A stretch of DNA of 64,000 nt from Octopus vulgaris (lineage: Eukaryota): positions 3,348,001 through 3,412,000 of the forward strand of contig OX597834.1 of the NCBI GenBank assembly GCA_951406725.2. The letters are read 5' to 3'. Of this stretch, positions 25,600 to 37,792 are shown in pieces. The position numbers and the translations under genes are program-made. A model generated the notes under the pieces. That model was given only the letters and a program-made list of their open reading frames with translations. It searched no databases and had not been told where the DNA came from. The number at the start of each line of letters is the position of its first letter. Within the stretch, counting starts at the first letter, position 1.

Positions 25600-25780
25600 A
25601 CAAAGGGATTAAGTCGATTACATCGACCCAGTTCGAAACTGGTACTTTATTTATCGACCCCAAAATGATGAAAGGCAAAGTCAACCTCGACGGGATTTCA
25701 ACTCAGAACGTAACGACAGACGAAATACCGCTAAGCATTTCGCCCGGCGCGCTCACGTTTCTGCCAGCTTGCCGCCCTCC
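25600..25780 (-). mobile_element. tRNA-derived SINE (second family)
   Basis: AAGTCGATTACATCGACCCAGT...ATGAAAGGCAAAGTCAACCTCG...ACTCAGAACG. Confidence 0.75.
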
Positions 25781-25849
25781 AAGAGACAGAAGGATATGTA
25801 TATATTATTCAGTGAAGAGTAAACAGCGAAAGTATTCAGGCAACAATGG

Positions 25850-26180
25850 GTAAAGTCAGTTAAAGCAAGTTTTTCAACTCACTTCTATTACATATGTGAT
25901 TAAGACAGCATCGTTACTTGAGGAAAATTCCTTCTCTTCTTCACTTTGTTTCCTCTATCTTTGAACACATCAAAACAAGCAGATGTAGTAGGAAGATGAG
26001 AGAATTTATACAATGTAGATGTCGTTTCTATTAATAATACTCACATATTAATAGAGATCCAATGACGAAGAATGGACAATGACAACTTCGACACAACTTC
26101 TATATTTTACAACGAACCTTCGTTTAGATTTTCATATCGTCTTAGAGACTGTTGAAGCGATTTATTTCCACAGTTCATTG
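25850..26180 (-). promoter_or_regulatory. Non-coding exon 1, donor (GTGAGT at 26044) and conserved intron block of gene 2
   Basis: Reverse complement aligns to 5265-5650 (TGAAAATCTAAACGAAGGTT.GTTGTAAAATATAGAAGT). Confidence 0.7.
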
Positions 26181-26415
26181 GCAACGACCTTCTCTGTTGA
26201 ATTGGCTCCCTCAGATGTCAGTTTAAAACTGGATCTGTCCCGGTAAATAAAAGATGTTTATCAAACAATAAAGCAGGGAATCAACAGAATTATTTCGCAA
26301 GTTCTAACAATAAACTGTCAGAACAACCAACTCTGCCTCTAGTTTCAACAGGTCTTTGCATATGCGCCGCCGGTCTGCCTTTCTCTTCGGATGTCATCAG
26401 TTTGAGAAAGGCGTT

Positions 26416-26727
26416 CCTTCGTTTTAACTCGACAAAACCAAAACAAGCACTCGGCTGTTTCCGTGACAACTCGACAATTCACTTCGGATATCTTCGTGAC
26501 CTCCGTGACAGCTGCTAAAATGGGAGGAAGAGAAGAAAGCTAATGGGTTGTGTGTGTCTGTGTGTGTGTTCTGTTTTTATGTATTTATGTGTTGTGGAAA
26601 GAACAGCACGCACGCACAACCCATTTGCTTTCTTCACGGAAGTCACGAAGATATCCGAAGTGAATTGTCGAGTTGTCACGGAAACAACCGAGTGTTTATT
26701 TTGGTTTTGTCGAGTTCCAATTAAAAG
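26416..26727. mobile_element. MITE-like inverted repeat between divergent genes 2 and 3
   Basis: ~85-bp arms at 26426-26508 and 26634-26716 (AACTCGACAAAACCAAAA...CCGTGA). Confidence 0.8.
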
Positions 26728-28144
26728 GAAGGAAATCACGACTCGAACCAAACTTTATTCCATTCAAACAATATTACACGTGTCTACAGCAAAGCAAGAC
26801 ATCTTAGGAGGAGATGTGGGTCTTTGGAAATGTCTCGAATTTGGGCGGAATAAAGTTAGGAACGAAACATTATTCTCTAGTTTCGTATTCAGAGAAACGA
26901 CAATTTTATTCACATTTAGCAAAGAAAGTGATGATGTAGGACATCAGAAATATACAGACATATAACAAATATTTTTTTATTTAACCCTAGCCATGATATT
27001 TATATTTGTCCACGAAGAACTGCTGTATTCATTTCAACATTTTAGCAATAGAAGAAAGCTGAGTAAACGCCAACAGAATTTGTAATCTTGTACCTTAAAT
27101 ATTATTACCTACAGTTCTTGGGTGTATTCAGCAAATAGTCATTACTCGGAGACGTCTGTTCTCATTGCAGGACTAATCGCGGGCGCTGAATGCACTGGAC
27201 TGACTCTGTATTCATTGTTTCCTAAATGGTTGAGTATCTCGTAGTATCCACCGTTTCTACAATAAGGTCTTGTATTTTGCTCTTTACACATCAAAGCACA
27301 ACAGAAAGGATGTGTTAGGGTCGTCTGAGCTCATTAGATCGCTCTGGTGCAGGGTTGATACCACAGTTTGGGTCTTCGTTGCAGTAAGATCTGTTAACAT
27401 GGTTCTTAGTGGGTCTAAATGTCTAGAGAAAGAGCAGCGATCTTCCCAACTTTCTACGTGTAAGATGATAGACTTACGTGAAACAGACAGGACTGAAGAT
27501 AAATGAAAGGTAAACGGTGATCGCCAATAAGCAAAATGTTTTCGTAAAATTTGTTTTAATTAGTAAAGTACATTATAATTATTTTACAGGGTGATAATAT
27601 TTAATGTATTTGATGCACATACATACACACACAAGTACATAGTCACACGTACACATACATCATCATCGTTTTGCGTCCGATTTCCAAGCTGACATGGGAC
27701 AGTTTGATAGGATGATGTCGTTGTCTTCTGACTCATTTCGACTGCTCTTCTTAACATCATCTACATTACAGAGTGTGTTGGGTTCGTTTTGCGGTGGCAC
27801 CAGCACTATGCAGGGTTCTCTTGTCTTCGGTATGGCTAAACATTCCTCTTTCCATTCACTAACGCCAGAAAGTTTGCTTCAACCGTGGAAAGATAAAAGA
27901 TTCATTTGTTCCTTCGCAATTAGGTGGGAAGACTTCTGAAACAAAGTAAGGTTACGAAATTAAGACTAATAGATAGGAATTAAGGTGTTGAAGAGAGAGC
28001 AGGATGCGTGTGTGTGAGTGAGATAGCTATCCTGATGACCGAAAAGAAGCAACGTGATTTGGAGGGCGATAGAAAAGAGATTAATGGGGTGGGGGAAAAT
28101 AACAGTTATGTGACTGTCTTTGGTAAGAAAACTGAATAAAAACA

Positions 28145-28345
28145 CTATATATATTCCTGATGAAGGCTGGTTTATGGGGTTTCCCGTCCATAAAGGGTTT
28201 AACTTTATGGCGCATCGTCAGACCCCAAGACCTGTTGGCCTAACACCTCTTTAAAATACGGTGGTCTTAGGCCAGCAGGTTTTGGGGGTCTGACGATACC
28301 CAGGGTAACCCCATAAACAAGCTTTCATCAGGAAAAAATATAGCC
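28145..28345. repeat. Hairpin, probably an inverted Penelope pLTR fragment
   Basis: TTCCTGATGAAGGCTGGTTTATGGGG / CCCCATAAACAAGCTTTCATCAGGAA plus an inner stem ATCGTCAGACCCC. Adjacent to a GIY-YIG remnant. Confidence 0.7.
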
Positions 28346-28479
28346 TGCTTTACTTCTTAGAGTGCACTACTTCTCTAGATTTATGTTTTTCTAAAAACGA
28401 TATATATATATATAAAGTTAAATCTTTCTAATATATATAGATATATATTAGAAAGAAAGGTTTAACTTTAAAATATGTG

Positions 28480-29320
28480 ATAATTATCCATTACAAGCCA
28501 ACTGCAGAAGAAATAATAATAATGTCGTTTATAAGTGTATAGTCGTCAATAGGGAGCAAAACTCTTTCAAGGTTTACATTGGAACAAATGTTAATTTTAA
28601 GCAATGATACTCAGCACTTTTGAGCCGTTTTAAATCCCCAAACCACAGTAAATCTGCTTCTCTAACCAACCACATGAAACTACCTTAAGGAAAAAAAAAT
28701 AAGTATACCATACGATATAACTTGGTCCATCATTGACTCTGGTTCTCCATACCAAAGCTGGAATGGAACAATCTATACAAAAACCATGACATAACCCAAC
28801 ACAATTATTAAACAAACAGCAAGAAGCTCTCTCTTCTTGTACTCATAAATTCTTTAAGACCTTTTCATTTTACCCCAAATCTTAATGCAGTATCATGAAT
28901 CTCTCTGTTTAATTCTCTTCCATAATTAATTCACTTAAACATAATTGAGAAACTGCATAAACTTATTCAACTTATTTCAATTAAATTAGTCTAGTTACCT
29001 TTAACTCATCATGCACTTCTTGATTCCAAGGGTGGCCACTTATTATATTTTCATTCTTCATGTAGTTTATAATTTATATATTACCTATTCAAATTAAATA
29101 CTGACTTCATTAATATATCTGCTGTCTCTTTGACGATGGAACTGGTAACCACTAATAATCCTTATTGTAACAACTATACAACCATGTTCTTACAATAAAT
29201 TCCCTCTCTCATGTGATACTACATATTTTGCCTATTTGTTCTTTCTTCCTAGTATAACTACCTGCTCAATGATGAGCCACTTATAGCCATTCATTGCTAG
29301 CAGCTCCAACGCAACTTTTG
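28480..29320 (+). mobile_element. Penelope-like element remnant (GIY-YIG endonuclease and 3' region)
   Basis: Translates as YPLQANC...NVVYKCIV...KVYIGT...FKQ, then YDITWSII and LLNKQQEALSSCTHKF. Confidence 0.75.
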
Positions 29321-30039
29321 TTCCTAGTCAGAGTTTTAGTAATAAACCAACCGGAGTACTTATTGTAGGTATCTATTATGTCTTAATTTTATGTTAGACT
29401 TGAAAAAGATGGCTACATTAGATAAGTTCAGTTGTTCAGGTAAATGTTTGTATCTACAGTTTATTAATATAGAAGGAATGTAGTAAAATGTCTTCTGTTG
29501 AATGTCTACATTTTAACTCTTTAGCATCCAGACTGGCCTGAATATTCTGGTTTTATGCTCAAATCAGCCAGATCTGGCATCTCACACCTACCCTACAACA
29601 TTGTTCTAAAACAAAACAATCACATCAAAATCTCAAAGCTACAAAATAATGCATGATTACTTGAAAATAATGTGATTGAAGAATCTGAATAATGTTTCTG
29701 TTATATTTCAGAATATTGGATGACATTCGCACAGAAATTTTCTATTTCAAAACCAGTAAAGGAAGGTATCATACAGAACAGATATCGCCCTCTTCATATA
29801 AATCTGCTGAAGAATTGCAATGAAATATTTACTCTGAACTAAGAATAATAATAATAAAGTTTCCCTACTTTCTGGAATGTGCTTAAGAAAGTTTTGTATT
29901 TTAATTAAACTTGCATTTAAAAAGGAGTTTGCAGCATCTTCAAATATTGACAAAGATCACAGCTGAAGGAATATTTGTTAGGAATAAAATATAACTAAAA
30001 GAAAAACTGTCTTTATACTGTGGTGAGAGAGAAGACAAT

Positions 30040-31320
30040 ATGGAAAGTGATTTGTGTGAGAACAAGGTTAAATATGAAACAGCAGTTGAAAGTCCTGGCT
30101 TGCCAGATGACATGAAGAATGAGAAAGAAAAACATTTATATCAGTGTCATATCTGTAGAAAATCATTCTTTCATAGAGGTAACTTAAACGCTCACAAACG
30201 CATTCATACAGGAGAGAAGCCATATCACTGTGATATCTGTGGGAGATCATTCACTCAGAAACGTAACCTAACAAATCACAAACACATTCATACAGGAGAA
30301 AAACCATATCAGTGTGATATCTGTGGGATATCTTTCTCTGATGGGAGCCAATTAACTAAACACAAATGCATTCATACAGGAAAGAAACCATATCACTGTC
30401 ATATCTGTGGTAAATCATTCGCTGGGAGCAGTAAGTTAACTATACACATACGCATTCATACAGGAGAGAGGCCATATCACTGTGATATCTGTAGTAAATC
30501 ATATTCTCGAAGTGGTTACTTAACTACTCATAAACGTATTCACACGGGAGAGAAACCTTACCACTGTGATATCTGTGGTAAGTCATTCTCTGCAGGTAAC
30601 CATTTAGCTTCTCACAAACGTATTCATACAGGAGAGAAGCCATATCACTGTAATATTTGTGGTAAATCATTCTCTCTAAGTAATCACTTAACTACTCACA
30701 AACGTATTCATACAGGAGAGAAGCCATATCACTGTGATGTCTGCGGTAAATCATTTTCTGGAAGTAGTGATTTAATTAAACACAAACGTATTCATACAGG
30801 GGAGAAACCATATCACTGTGATTTCTGTGGCAAATCATTCTCTCATGGCAATAGCTTAACTACACACATGTATATTCATATAGGTGAGAAGCCATATCAC
30901 TGTGATATCTGTGGTAAATCATTCTCGAGAAGCAGTCATTTAGCAAGTCACAAACGCATTCATACTGGAGAGAAACCATATCTTTGTGATATCTGTGGTA
31001 AATCATTCTCTCAAAGTGGTATTTTAACTTCACACCGACGTATTCATACTGGAGAGAAACCATATCACTGTGATATCTGTGGTAAATCATTCTCTGATGG
31101 AAGAAGTGCTATAACTAAACACAAACGTATCCATACAGGAGAGAAGCCATTCCACTGTGAAATCTGTGGTAAATCATTCTCTCGAAATGGTCACTTAATT
31201 ACTCACAAACGTATTCACACAGGGGAGAAGCCATATCACTGTGATATCTGTGGTAAATCCTTCTCTGATGGAAGTTATTTAACAAAGCACAAACTCATAC
31301 ATACTAGAGAGAAATCATAA
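30040..31320 (+). CDS. C2H2 zinc-finger protein, gene 3 (14 fingers plus an out-of-frame 15th)
   Basis: Intact 426-aa ORF with acceptor TTTCAG|AATATTGGATGACATT at 29711. Finger 12 has a 1-residue insertion. Confidence 0.95.
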   Translation: MESDLCENKVKYETAVESPGLPDDMKNEKEKHLYQCHICRKSFFHRGNLNAHKRIHTGEKPYHCDICGRSFTQKRNLTNHKHIHTGEKPYQCDICGISFSDGSQLTKHKCIHTGKKPYHCHICGKSFAGSSKLTIHIRIHTGERPYHCDICSKSYSRSGYLTTHKRIHTGEKPYHCDICGKSFSAGNHLASHKRIHTGEKPYHCNICGKSFSLSNHLTTHKRIHTGEKPYHCDVCGKSFSGSSDLIKHKRIHTGEKPYHCDFCGKSFSHGNSLTTHMYIHIGEKPYHCDICGKSFSRSSHLASHKRIHTGEKPYLCDICGKSFSQSGILTSHRRIHTGEKPYHCDICGKSFSDGRSAITKHKRIHTGEKPFHCEICGKSFSRNGHLITHKRIHTGEKPYHCDICGKSFSDGSYLTKHKLIHTREKS

Positions 31321-32444
31321 TACCTGTGATATTTGTGGTAAATCATTCTCTGAAAATGGGGTCTTAAATACCCATGTTTGTATTCATACAGGAGAGTGAT
31401 TTTATTGAGAGCAAAATGCTAAAACCTGAAAAATATTTTTACTTAAATTAATTTTTCCCTTTCTGTCATTGATAAAGCTAATAATTGTATGACTATTGGT
31501 ACTTTTTTTGATGGAGTAATTTAGTAAATTTATCAATGTGTAATAAATCTTCTTTACATAAAAAAGCATCGTTATTAATAAATATTAACTTTTCAGATAA
31601 TTTTTTTACCTTTTTTCTCATTTGAAAATTGAGTAATTTTATGAATGTTCAATACTTATATTTAATATTCATAGAATTACTAAATTTTCCAATAAGGAAG
31701 AATGAAAGAAGTAGCAAATGTTGTTGTTCTGTATTTTTCATGTAGTGAGACAGGAAAGCACTATTTTGATGTGGTGTCATAACACAGTTGTGCTTTGCCC
31801 ATTTCATCCATTTACTGCTGGTTGCGGAAGGATACATGTGGCAACTTCCACCCAGCAGTAAAATGTACCTTTTTCAAAGAGCATAGACAGTGAGGAAACA
31901 ACATCACATTCTACAATGTGGCACCTGTTCTGTGTTCACCACCAACTTAATCGATTGTGGATTCGATGGCCCTCAAGGCACCATCCATCTTTCTGCTATG
32001 AGATTATTATAGCATTTACAACCAATGCAGCACAATTCGTTTCACTTCCATCTGATTTTTATTCGGCAGCAAATGAGTTTCCATAGTAAATCATGGGAAA
32101 TTCATTCCTGTCTCGCTACATTTATCTCATTCTCCCATTGCACTAAACAAACACTTTTACACACCAACCTATGTGGAATTCTTTTTACTTCAACACACGT
32201 GAGTTACACTAAAGAATAAATCAGTATATTTTGTGACCGACATGTCTTCTGATATTTGTTTCTGTATTCATGTCATAGTGGCACCTGTTAAATTGGTGAC
32301 TACCGATCCACTAAACTTTGTAAATATCTCTGGTGACCTTCTTAGATATTGTCTATGAACCCTTCCATATAATATCTTATTGCTAAAGCCATAACAGAAT
32401 TCATTGAAGATCAAAATATCTTATATGATAATAAACGTCATCTC

Positions 32445-32816
32445 GTGGGACTCCGTCAGTTATGATGACGAGGGTTCCAGTTGATCCAATCAATGGAACA
32501 CCCTGCTCGTAAAATTAATGTGCAAGTGGCTGAGCACTCCACAGACACGTGTACCCATAACATAGTTGGGGAGATTCAGCGTGACACAGAGTGTGACAAG
32601 GCTGGCCCTTTGAAATACAGGTACAACAGAAACAGGGAGAAAGAATGAAAGGAAGTTGTGGTGAAAGGGTACAGCAGGGTTTGCCACCACCCCCTGCTGG
32701 AGCCTCATGGAGCTTTAGGTATTTTTGCTCAATAAACAATCACAATGCCCGGTCTGGGAATCGAAACTGATCCTACGACCGCAGGTCTGCCCTAACTACT
32801 GGGCCATTGTGCCTCC
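32445..32816 (-). mobile_element. tRNA-derived SINE (third family)
   Basis: Minus-strand head GGAGGCACAATGGCCCAGTAGTTAG (A box) ... GTTTCGATTCC (B box). Confidence 0.75.
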
Positions 32817-33246
32817 TTACACATGAAAGAAGATACAGCATTGTTATAACAACCTCTGGGGCTAATGTGGTTTTGCTCCTCACCTTGAAAAAATTTCATC
32901 ATATTCCAAGTTTTTAGATGTCAAAATTTTGAACTCAAATTTTAAATGTAGTGTTGTGTATTGAAGTGTGAAAATTTCATAAAAGCAGGTGTGTAAATTG
33001 TACTTTCTATGTTTATTTGGCGAAACGGTAGAAATTGTTTTGATATTGTTAAAATCCATGTAGATTGAAAAATAAATTTCAAAATAAAGGTTTAAATTTA
33101 AAATTTTGAGGTGATGGTGTTGAAATTTTTTTTTTTTTTTTTTTGCATGTTCATAATCTCTGACATCTAAAACCTATGAATCCAAAGAAATGTTTTTAAA
33201 AAAATGCATTCATCCCCCAAAAATACTATAATTTATATAACCATTT

Positions 33247-33970
33247 GAGCGTGGCTGATGCCAGTACCACCTGACTGTCCCCCATGCTAGTGGCCTGTAA
33301 AAAGCACCCACTACACTCTGAGAGTGGTTGGCATTAGGAAGGGCTTCCAGGTGTAGAAATCTTGCCAGATCAGATTGGAGCCTAGTGCAGCCTTCTGCCT
33401 TGCCAGCCCTCAGTCAAACTGTCCAACCCATGCCAGCATGAAAAGTGGACATTAAATGATGATGATGATGATGATATATATACATTGATGAGGTAACTTG
33501 CTGCTGTAATATCATCATTGTTTAACGACTGTTTTCCATGTTGGCATGGGTTGGACGGTTTGACTGGGGACTTTCAAGCCAAGAGGCTGCATCAGGCTCC
33601 AATCTGATCTGGCAAGATTTCTACAGCTGGATGCCCTTCCTAACGCCAACCACTCCAAGAGTGTAGTGGGTGCTTTTTACGTGCCTTGCTTCCCAACCAC
33701 ATTGTTCCAAGTTCAATCCCACTGTGTGGCACCTCAGGCCGACCAAAGACTTGTGAGTGGATTTGGCAGGTGGAAACTGTATGAAGCCCGTTATATATAT
33801 CATCATCATTTAATGTCTGCTTTCTATGCTGGCATGGGTTGGATGGTTTATCAGGAGCTGGCTAGGCAGAAGACTGTACCATGTTCCACTGTCTGTTTTG
33901 GCTTGGTTTTTACGGCTGGACGTCCATCCTAAAACCAACCCCTCTGCAGAGTGGATTGAGTACTTTTTTA
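33247..33970. mobile_element. Cluster of RTE 3'-UTR copies (+ at 33247-33474; - at 33511-33685 and 33801-33970) with a SINE piece at 33686-33792
   Basis: Family consensus and tails. The first two copies are inverted tail-to-tail. Confidence 0.75.
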
Positions 33971-34241
33971 CAATATACTAGCAATACTTATAAATTATCC
34001 ATGAATACTTTTTATCTTATCGATCTAGCTATCTTATGCCATTAATTATATATTTCTAAACACTCTCTTAATTAATGTATCTCATCCTTATTTCCATTTG
34101 ACGGTATTCACTATATTTTACTCGCCTTACATAGCTCCATGTCCTCCTGTCTCCCATACTAACTTTTATTGCTCTTCCTCCATCTCATCTTAATTTTTAC
34201 TTTCATTTTATTTCTCTTTTTGTTATTATTCCCTATATTTT

Positions 34242-34550
34242 AAGAAACACACAAAAGCCGTTCGATTCACTTCAACATTTAAGTTTAATTTGTCAAAATA
34301 TTTTCGTCGCTTTAAGACCGCCGCCTGTTCACTGACAAAAATCCGTGCCGCACAGATTTTGTCAGTGAACAGGTCGCGGTCTTAAAGCGACGAAAATATT
34401 TTGACAAATTAAACTTAAATGTTGAAGTGAATCAAACGGCTTTTGTGTGTTTCTTAAATGGCTTATAAACACCTTCCAATGCTGCAATTATTTTCGTTTC
34501 AGCACACGATCTCAGATCAAATCACTTGCTATGCGAGTACATCTCCGTAA
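34242..34550. mobile_element. Penelope-like insertion with ~110-bp inverted arms and a 12-bp TSD
   Basis: Arms at 34239-34348 and 34350-34458. TCCCTATATTTT occurs at 34230-34241 and 34551-34562. Confidence 0.7.
34358..34408 (+). ncRNA. Variant type-I hammerhead ribozyme-like motif (G3-C8 core)
   Basis: TTTGTCA-GTGAACA-G-GTCGC(loop)GCGAC-GAA-AATATT-T-TGACAAA: stems I, II and a palindromic III surround a variant core. Confidence 0.55.
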
Positions 34551-35244
34551 TCCCTATATTTTGTAAACACAATATCTACAAACTCATCCCTCATTTCATT
34601 TCTTTTCTCCGGAGAATATACATATATATATATTCCGTGTTACACATTATCAGAAAGACAATTCATTTAATATTGTGGGTAAATAACTGAGAAATGTATT
34701 CTCATTAATCATGTTGTAATATCCTTTTGTGTTAGAAATAAATATTTTTATCATCATCATTTGCCATTTCGTTTCTATACTGTCATATTCTGTTTCTGGA
34801 TTTGCAGTAATTGTTCTTTATGATAGGTTGGAGACAACGTGTCACCTATAAATGAGGGTGGCTTAAGGATGTTCTTTAAAGCTCAGTGAAGATGGAAAAA
34901 ATACAAGCCATATTTTTGTTCATCTGGAAGAAAGTACCTCTTGTCATACACAAGCTGTAGTTTTCACTGTTAATACACAAAACCAAAGAGGAATTTGTTG
35001 ATTCCCAAACAGATGAAGAATGACCAAAACTATTGGTGCACATTTCTTGAGTGAATAATCAAGTTTTAAGCAGAATAAAGTCTTCTTTTATTTCATGTTA
35101 GACATGAAACTGTTGGCTCCTGTTGCAAGAGAAATTTAGTTGGAATTGTTAGAATTTTCTGGCTAATGTTGACCCTTTTCTAACAGAACATATCAACCAT
35201 TTATAGCAAGCACTTATAGGGAGCATAAATCAGATGTAAAACAA

Positions 35245-35845
35245 CATCATCATTTATCATCTGTTTTCTATGCTGGCATGAATTGGACGGTTTGACTGAG
35301 GACTGGTGAGCCAGAAGGCTACACCAGGCTCCACTCTGATTTGGCAGAGTTTCTTCAGCTGGATGCCCTTCCTAACGCCAACCTCTTTGAGTGTAGTGGG
35401 TGCTTTTACATGCCACCGGCATGAGGGCCAGTCAGGTGGTACTGGCAACGGCCACGCTCAAATGGTGTTTTTTACATGCCACCTGCACAGGAACCAGTCC
35501 AGCAGCACTGGCAACGACCACGCTCGAATCTTTTTATTCACGTGTCACTGGTACAGGTATTAGAAAGGTGACACTGATAACGATCATACTCGAATGTTGC
35601 TTTTTACATGCCACTGGCATGGAAGCCAATCAGCGGCCCTGGCAACAATCACACTTGGATGGTGCTTTTAATGTTCCACTGGCACGGATGCCAATCAGGC
35701 GTTTCTGTCATTGGCCACGTCAGCAAATTTGATTTTGATTTCGATTTCACTTGCCTCAACAGGTCTTCGCAAATAAAGTTTATTGCCCAATAAATGAAAG
35801 GTACACATAAGTGGGCTGGTTGCACACCACTGGTTATGGTCTCGG
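35245..35845 (-). mobile_element. RTE 3' UTR with degenerate internal ~60-70-bp repeats
   Basis: Matches 9710-10105. Confidence 0.85.
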
Positions 35846-36064
35846 AATATGTCAATCTGATTGGTCCTTCCAATATGATTTTTCCACACGATCTATGAAG
35901 TAATACAAGTATTATTGTGTTTCATTGGATCAGTTTCTACAGATATATCTAAAGTGGATCGGCTGATTTTTGACTGTGAACTATGTTTTACGGTAAGTAT
36001 CTGTTGAAAGATCAAAGAAGTTTGGGGATATTGAAGGGTTTAGTGTGCTGAACAACTTGCTTAA

Positions 36065-36288
36065 CCCTTTTGATACCAAACTGGCTGAAACCACCTCCAG
36101 CTCTGTAATACAAATATCTTGTTTTCAAAAGTTCTGAATTAAAATCTTCCACCAAACCTTAAAAACAATTTTATGTTCCTAACACAAGCTGAATGGTAAT
36201 TCAATTATTTTACTAAGTTCTTTGTTATATTTAAAATTTATTGAAAGTTAACACAGAGCATCTCAACAGGAATATGGTGACAAAAGGG
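36065..36288. mobile_element. piggyBac-type MITE
   Basis: TTAA|CCCTTTTGATACC...GGTGACAAAAGGG|TGAA. Ends resemble those of 60464-61530. Confidence 0.7.
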
Positions 36289-37792
36289 TGAAAATATAAA
36301 GTAGAGAACAATTCTTAATGCTTACTTGAATTTTTTAAAAAAGCTAAAAGAAAATAATATAAAAGAGTCCAAGGTCAAAGTTTTGATGATGCCAACAACA
36401 TAAATGGTAAAATATGGTAGTTTATAAGCAGGATTCTGAAATTGTAGTTTTTATCACAACCAATTACTGATTTACCAGAATCAGAATTAGTGAAGCGTAT
36501 GAAGTCCTACAAAAAGGTTAACTGTTGTAGAATGCATAAAAATTTCTAATTTCACAGGTGATAGTTTGGTTGTTTCCTGCACTGAAAATAATTGGATCAG
36601 ATTTCAGGACATCTATAAAATAGGATCAAAGAACGAGCAATTCTGTTTCTATATATTTTCTCTGCTCACTATTCCTGGAAGGGTTGTTGTGGTAGAGTCC
36701 TCAGGCTTCTCCTCCACAAGGTCTTATTAGATGCAACCAGCATTAGATTTTCTGGCTGGGTTCCCAAATATGGCCAACTGAGACAATGGGATATTATTTA
36801 ACCATCTTGTTTTTTATCTATCCCTATGTCTGGTGCCAAATTACTGGACTTGGAGAATCTGTCTTATGATTCTTTATTCCAATATTCTAACAATGTTTGT
36901 AGCAATAGAGCTGTGACCTTTCAAAGCAGAAAATATTGTGTTAGACTTTACCAGTTGTGCATATTTTCACATCTTTTCATAATTTCTATGAGCTGAATTG
37001 ATAGGTGCAGTGATTCTGCTTCTAAGAACAAAATGTTACTAAATTACATTTGCAGTTTTGATTTATCCATTGTTCTATAAGTAAAATATTTCTTTAGTAA
37101 ACGTAAAGATAAACTTTTTAATATTCTACACTATTTTAGAATCATTTCCTGGTAGAATCCATGAGTGCAGAATCCAAGGCAGCTTGGAAACCAGATGTCA
37201 AACGATGATGATGGTGATGATGACACCAGTCTATGATTTCCTTCATTTTAAGTGATGTTATAACAAGATTGAAGAGAATACGTGTCTCAGGTATTTACTC
37301 ATAATGTCAAATAAATAAAGTGTATACTTTCTTCCCCCCAGAAATATATCAGATGGAAGATATATATATATATCTGGAGAAAGGAAGCTTTATTAAACGT
37401 ATCACAGAGGAAAGTTACCTCACACTAAAGATATATTTACGTAACTATACAAAATATAATGTGATATCTTCTTGGAAAGGAGAATATATTTATGTTTGTA
37501 TCATGCGTAATTTTTTATTCAATGAATTTCGATGGTTTTGATAAACACAATGCAGTAAATGTGTTGTTTCCAAGTTTTGATGAGTAAATTTGTCTTTTCT
37601 TGTTTGTTTCTACAGCAAGTTTTCTGAATATTAGGAAGTCTTCAGAAGATTATTCACTGAAGAAACTGAAAAAGTGGGAAAAATTCATTTGATCATCATG
37701 AGAAAATATTCTACATCCTGCACAGCAATTATCACAAACTCCATTCTGATAATGAGCTCGTTACTGTATTGTATGAATACGCTTGTGTTTAG

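Noticed and set aside
28156-28332. CTGATGA at both ends of a hairpin as hammerheads
   Set aside because: The GAAA/stem III half is missing. At most a truncated, inverted pLTR.
31700-32420. Possible degenerate coding or transposase sequence
   Set aside because: No recognisable motif in any frame.
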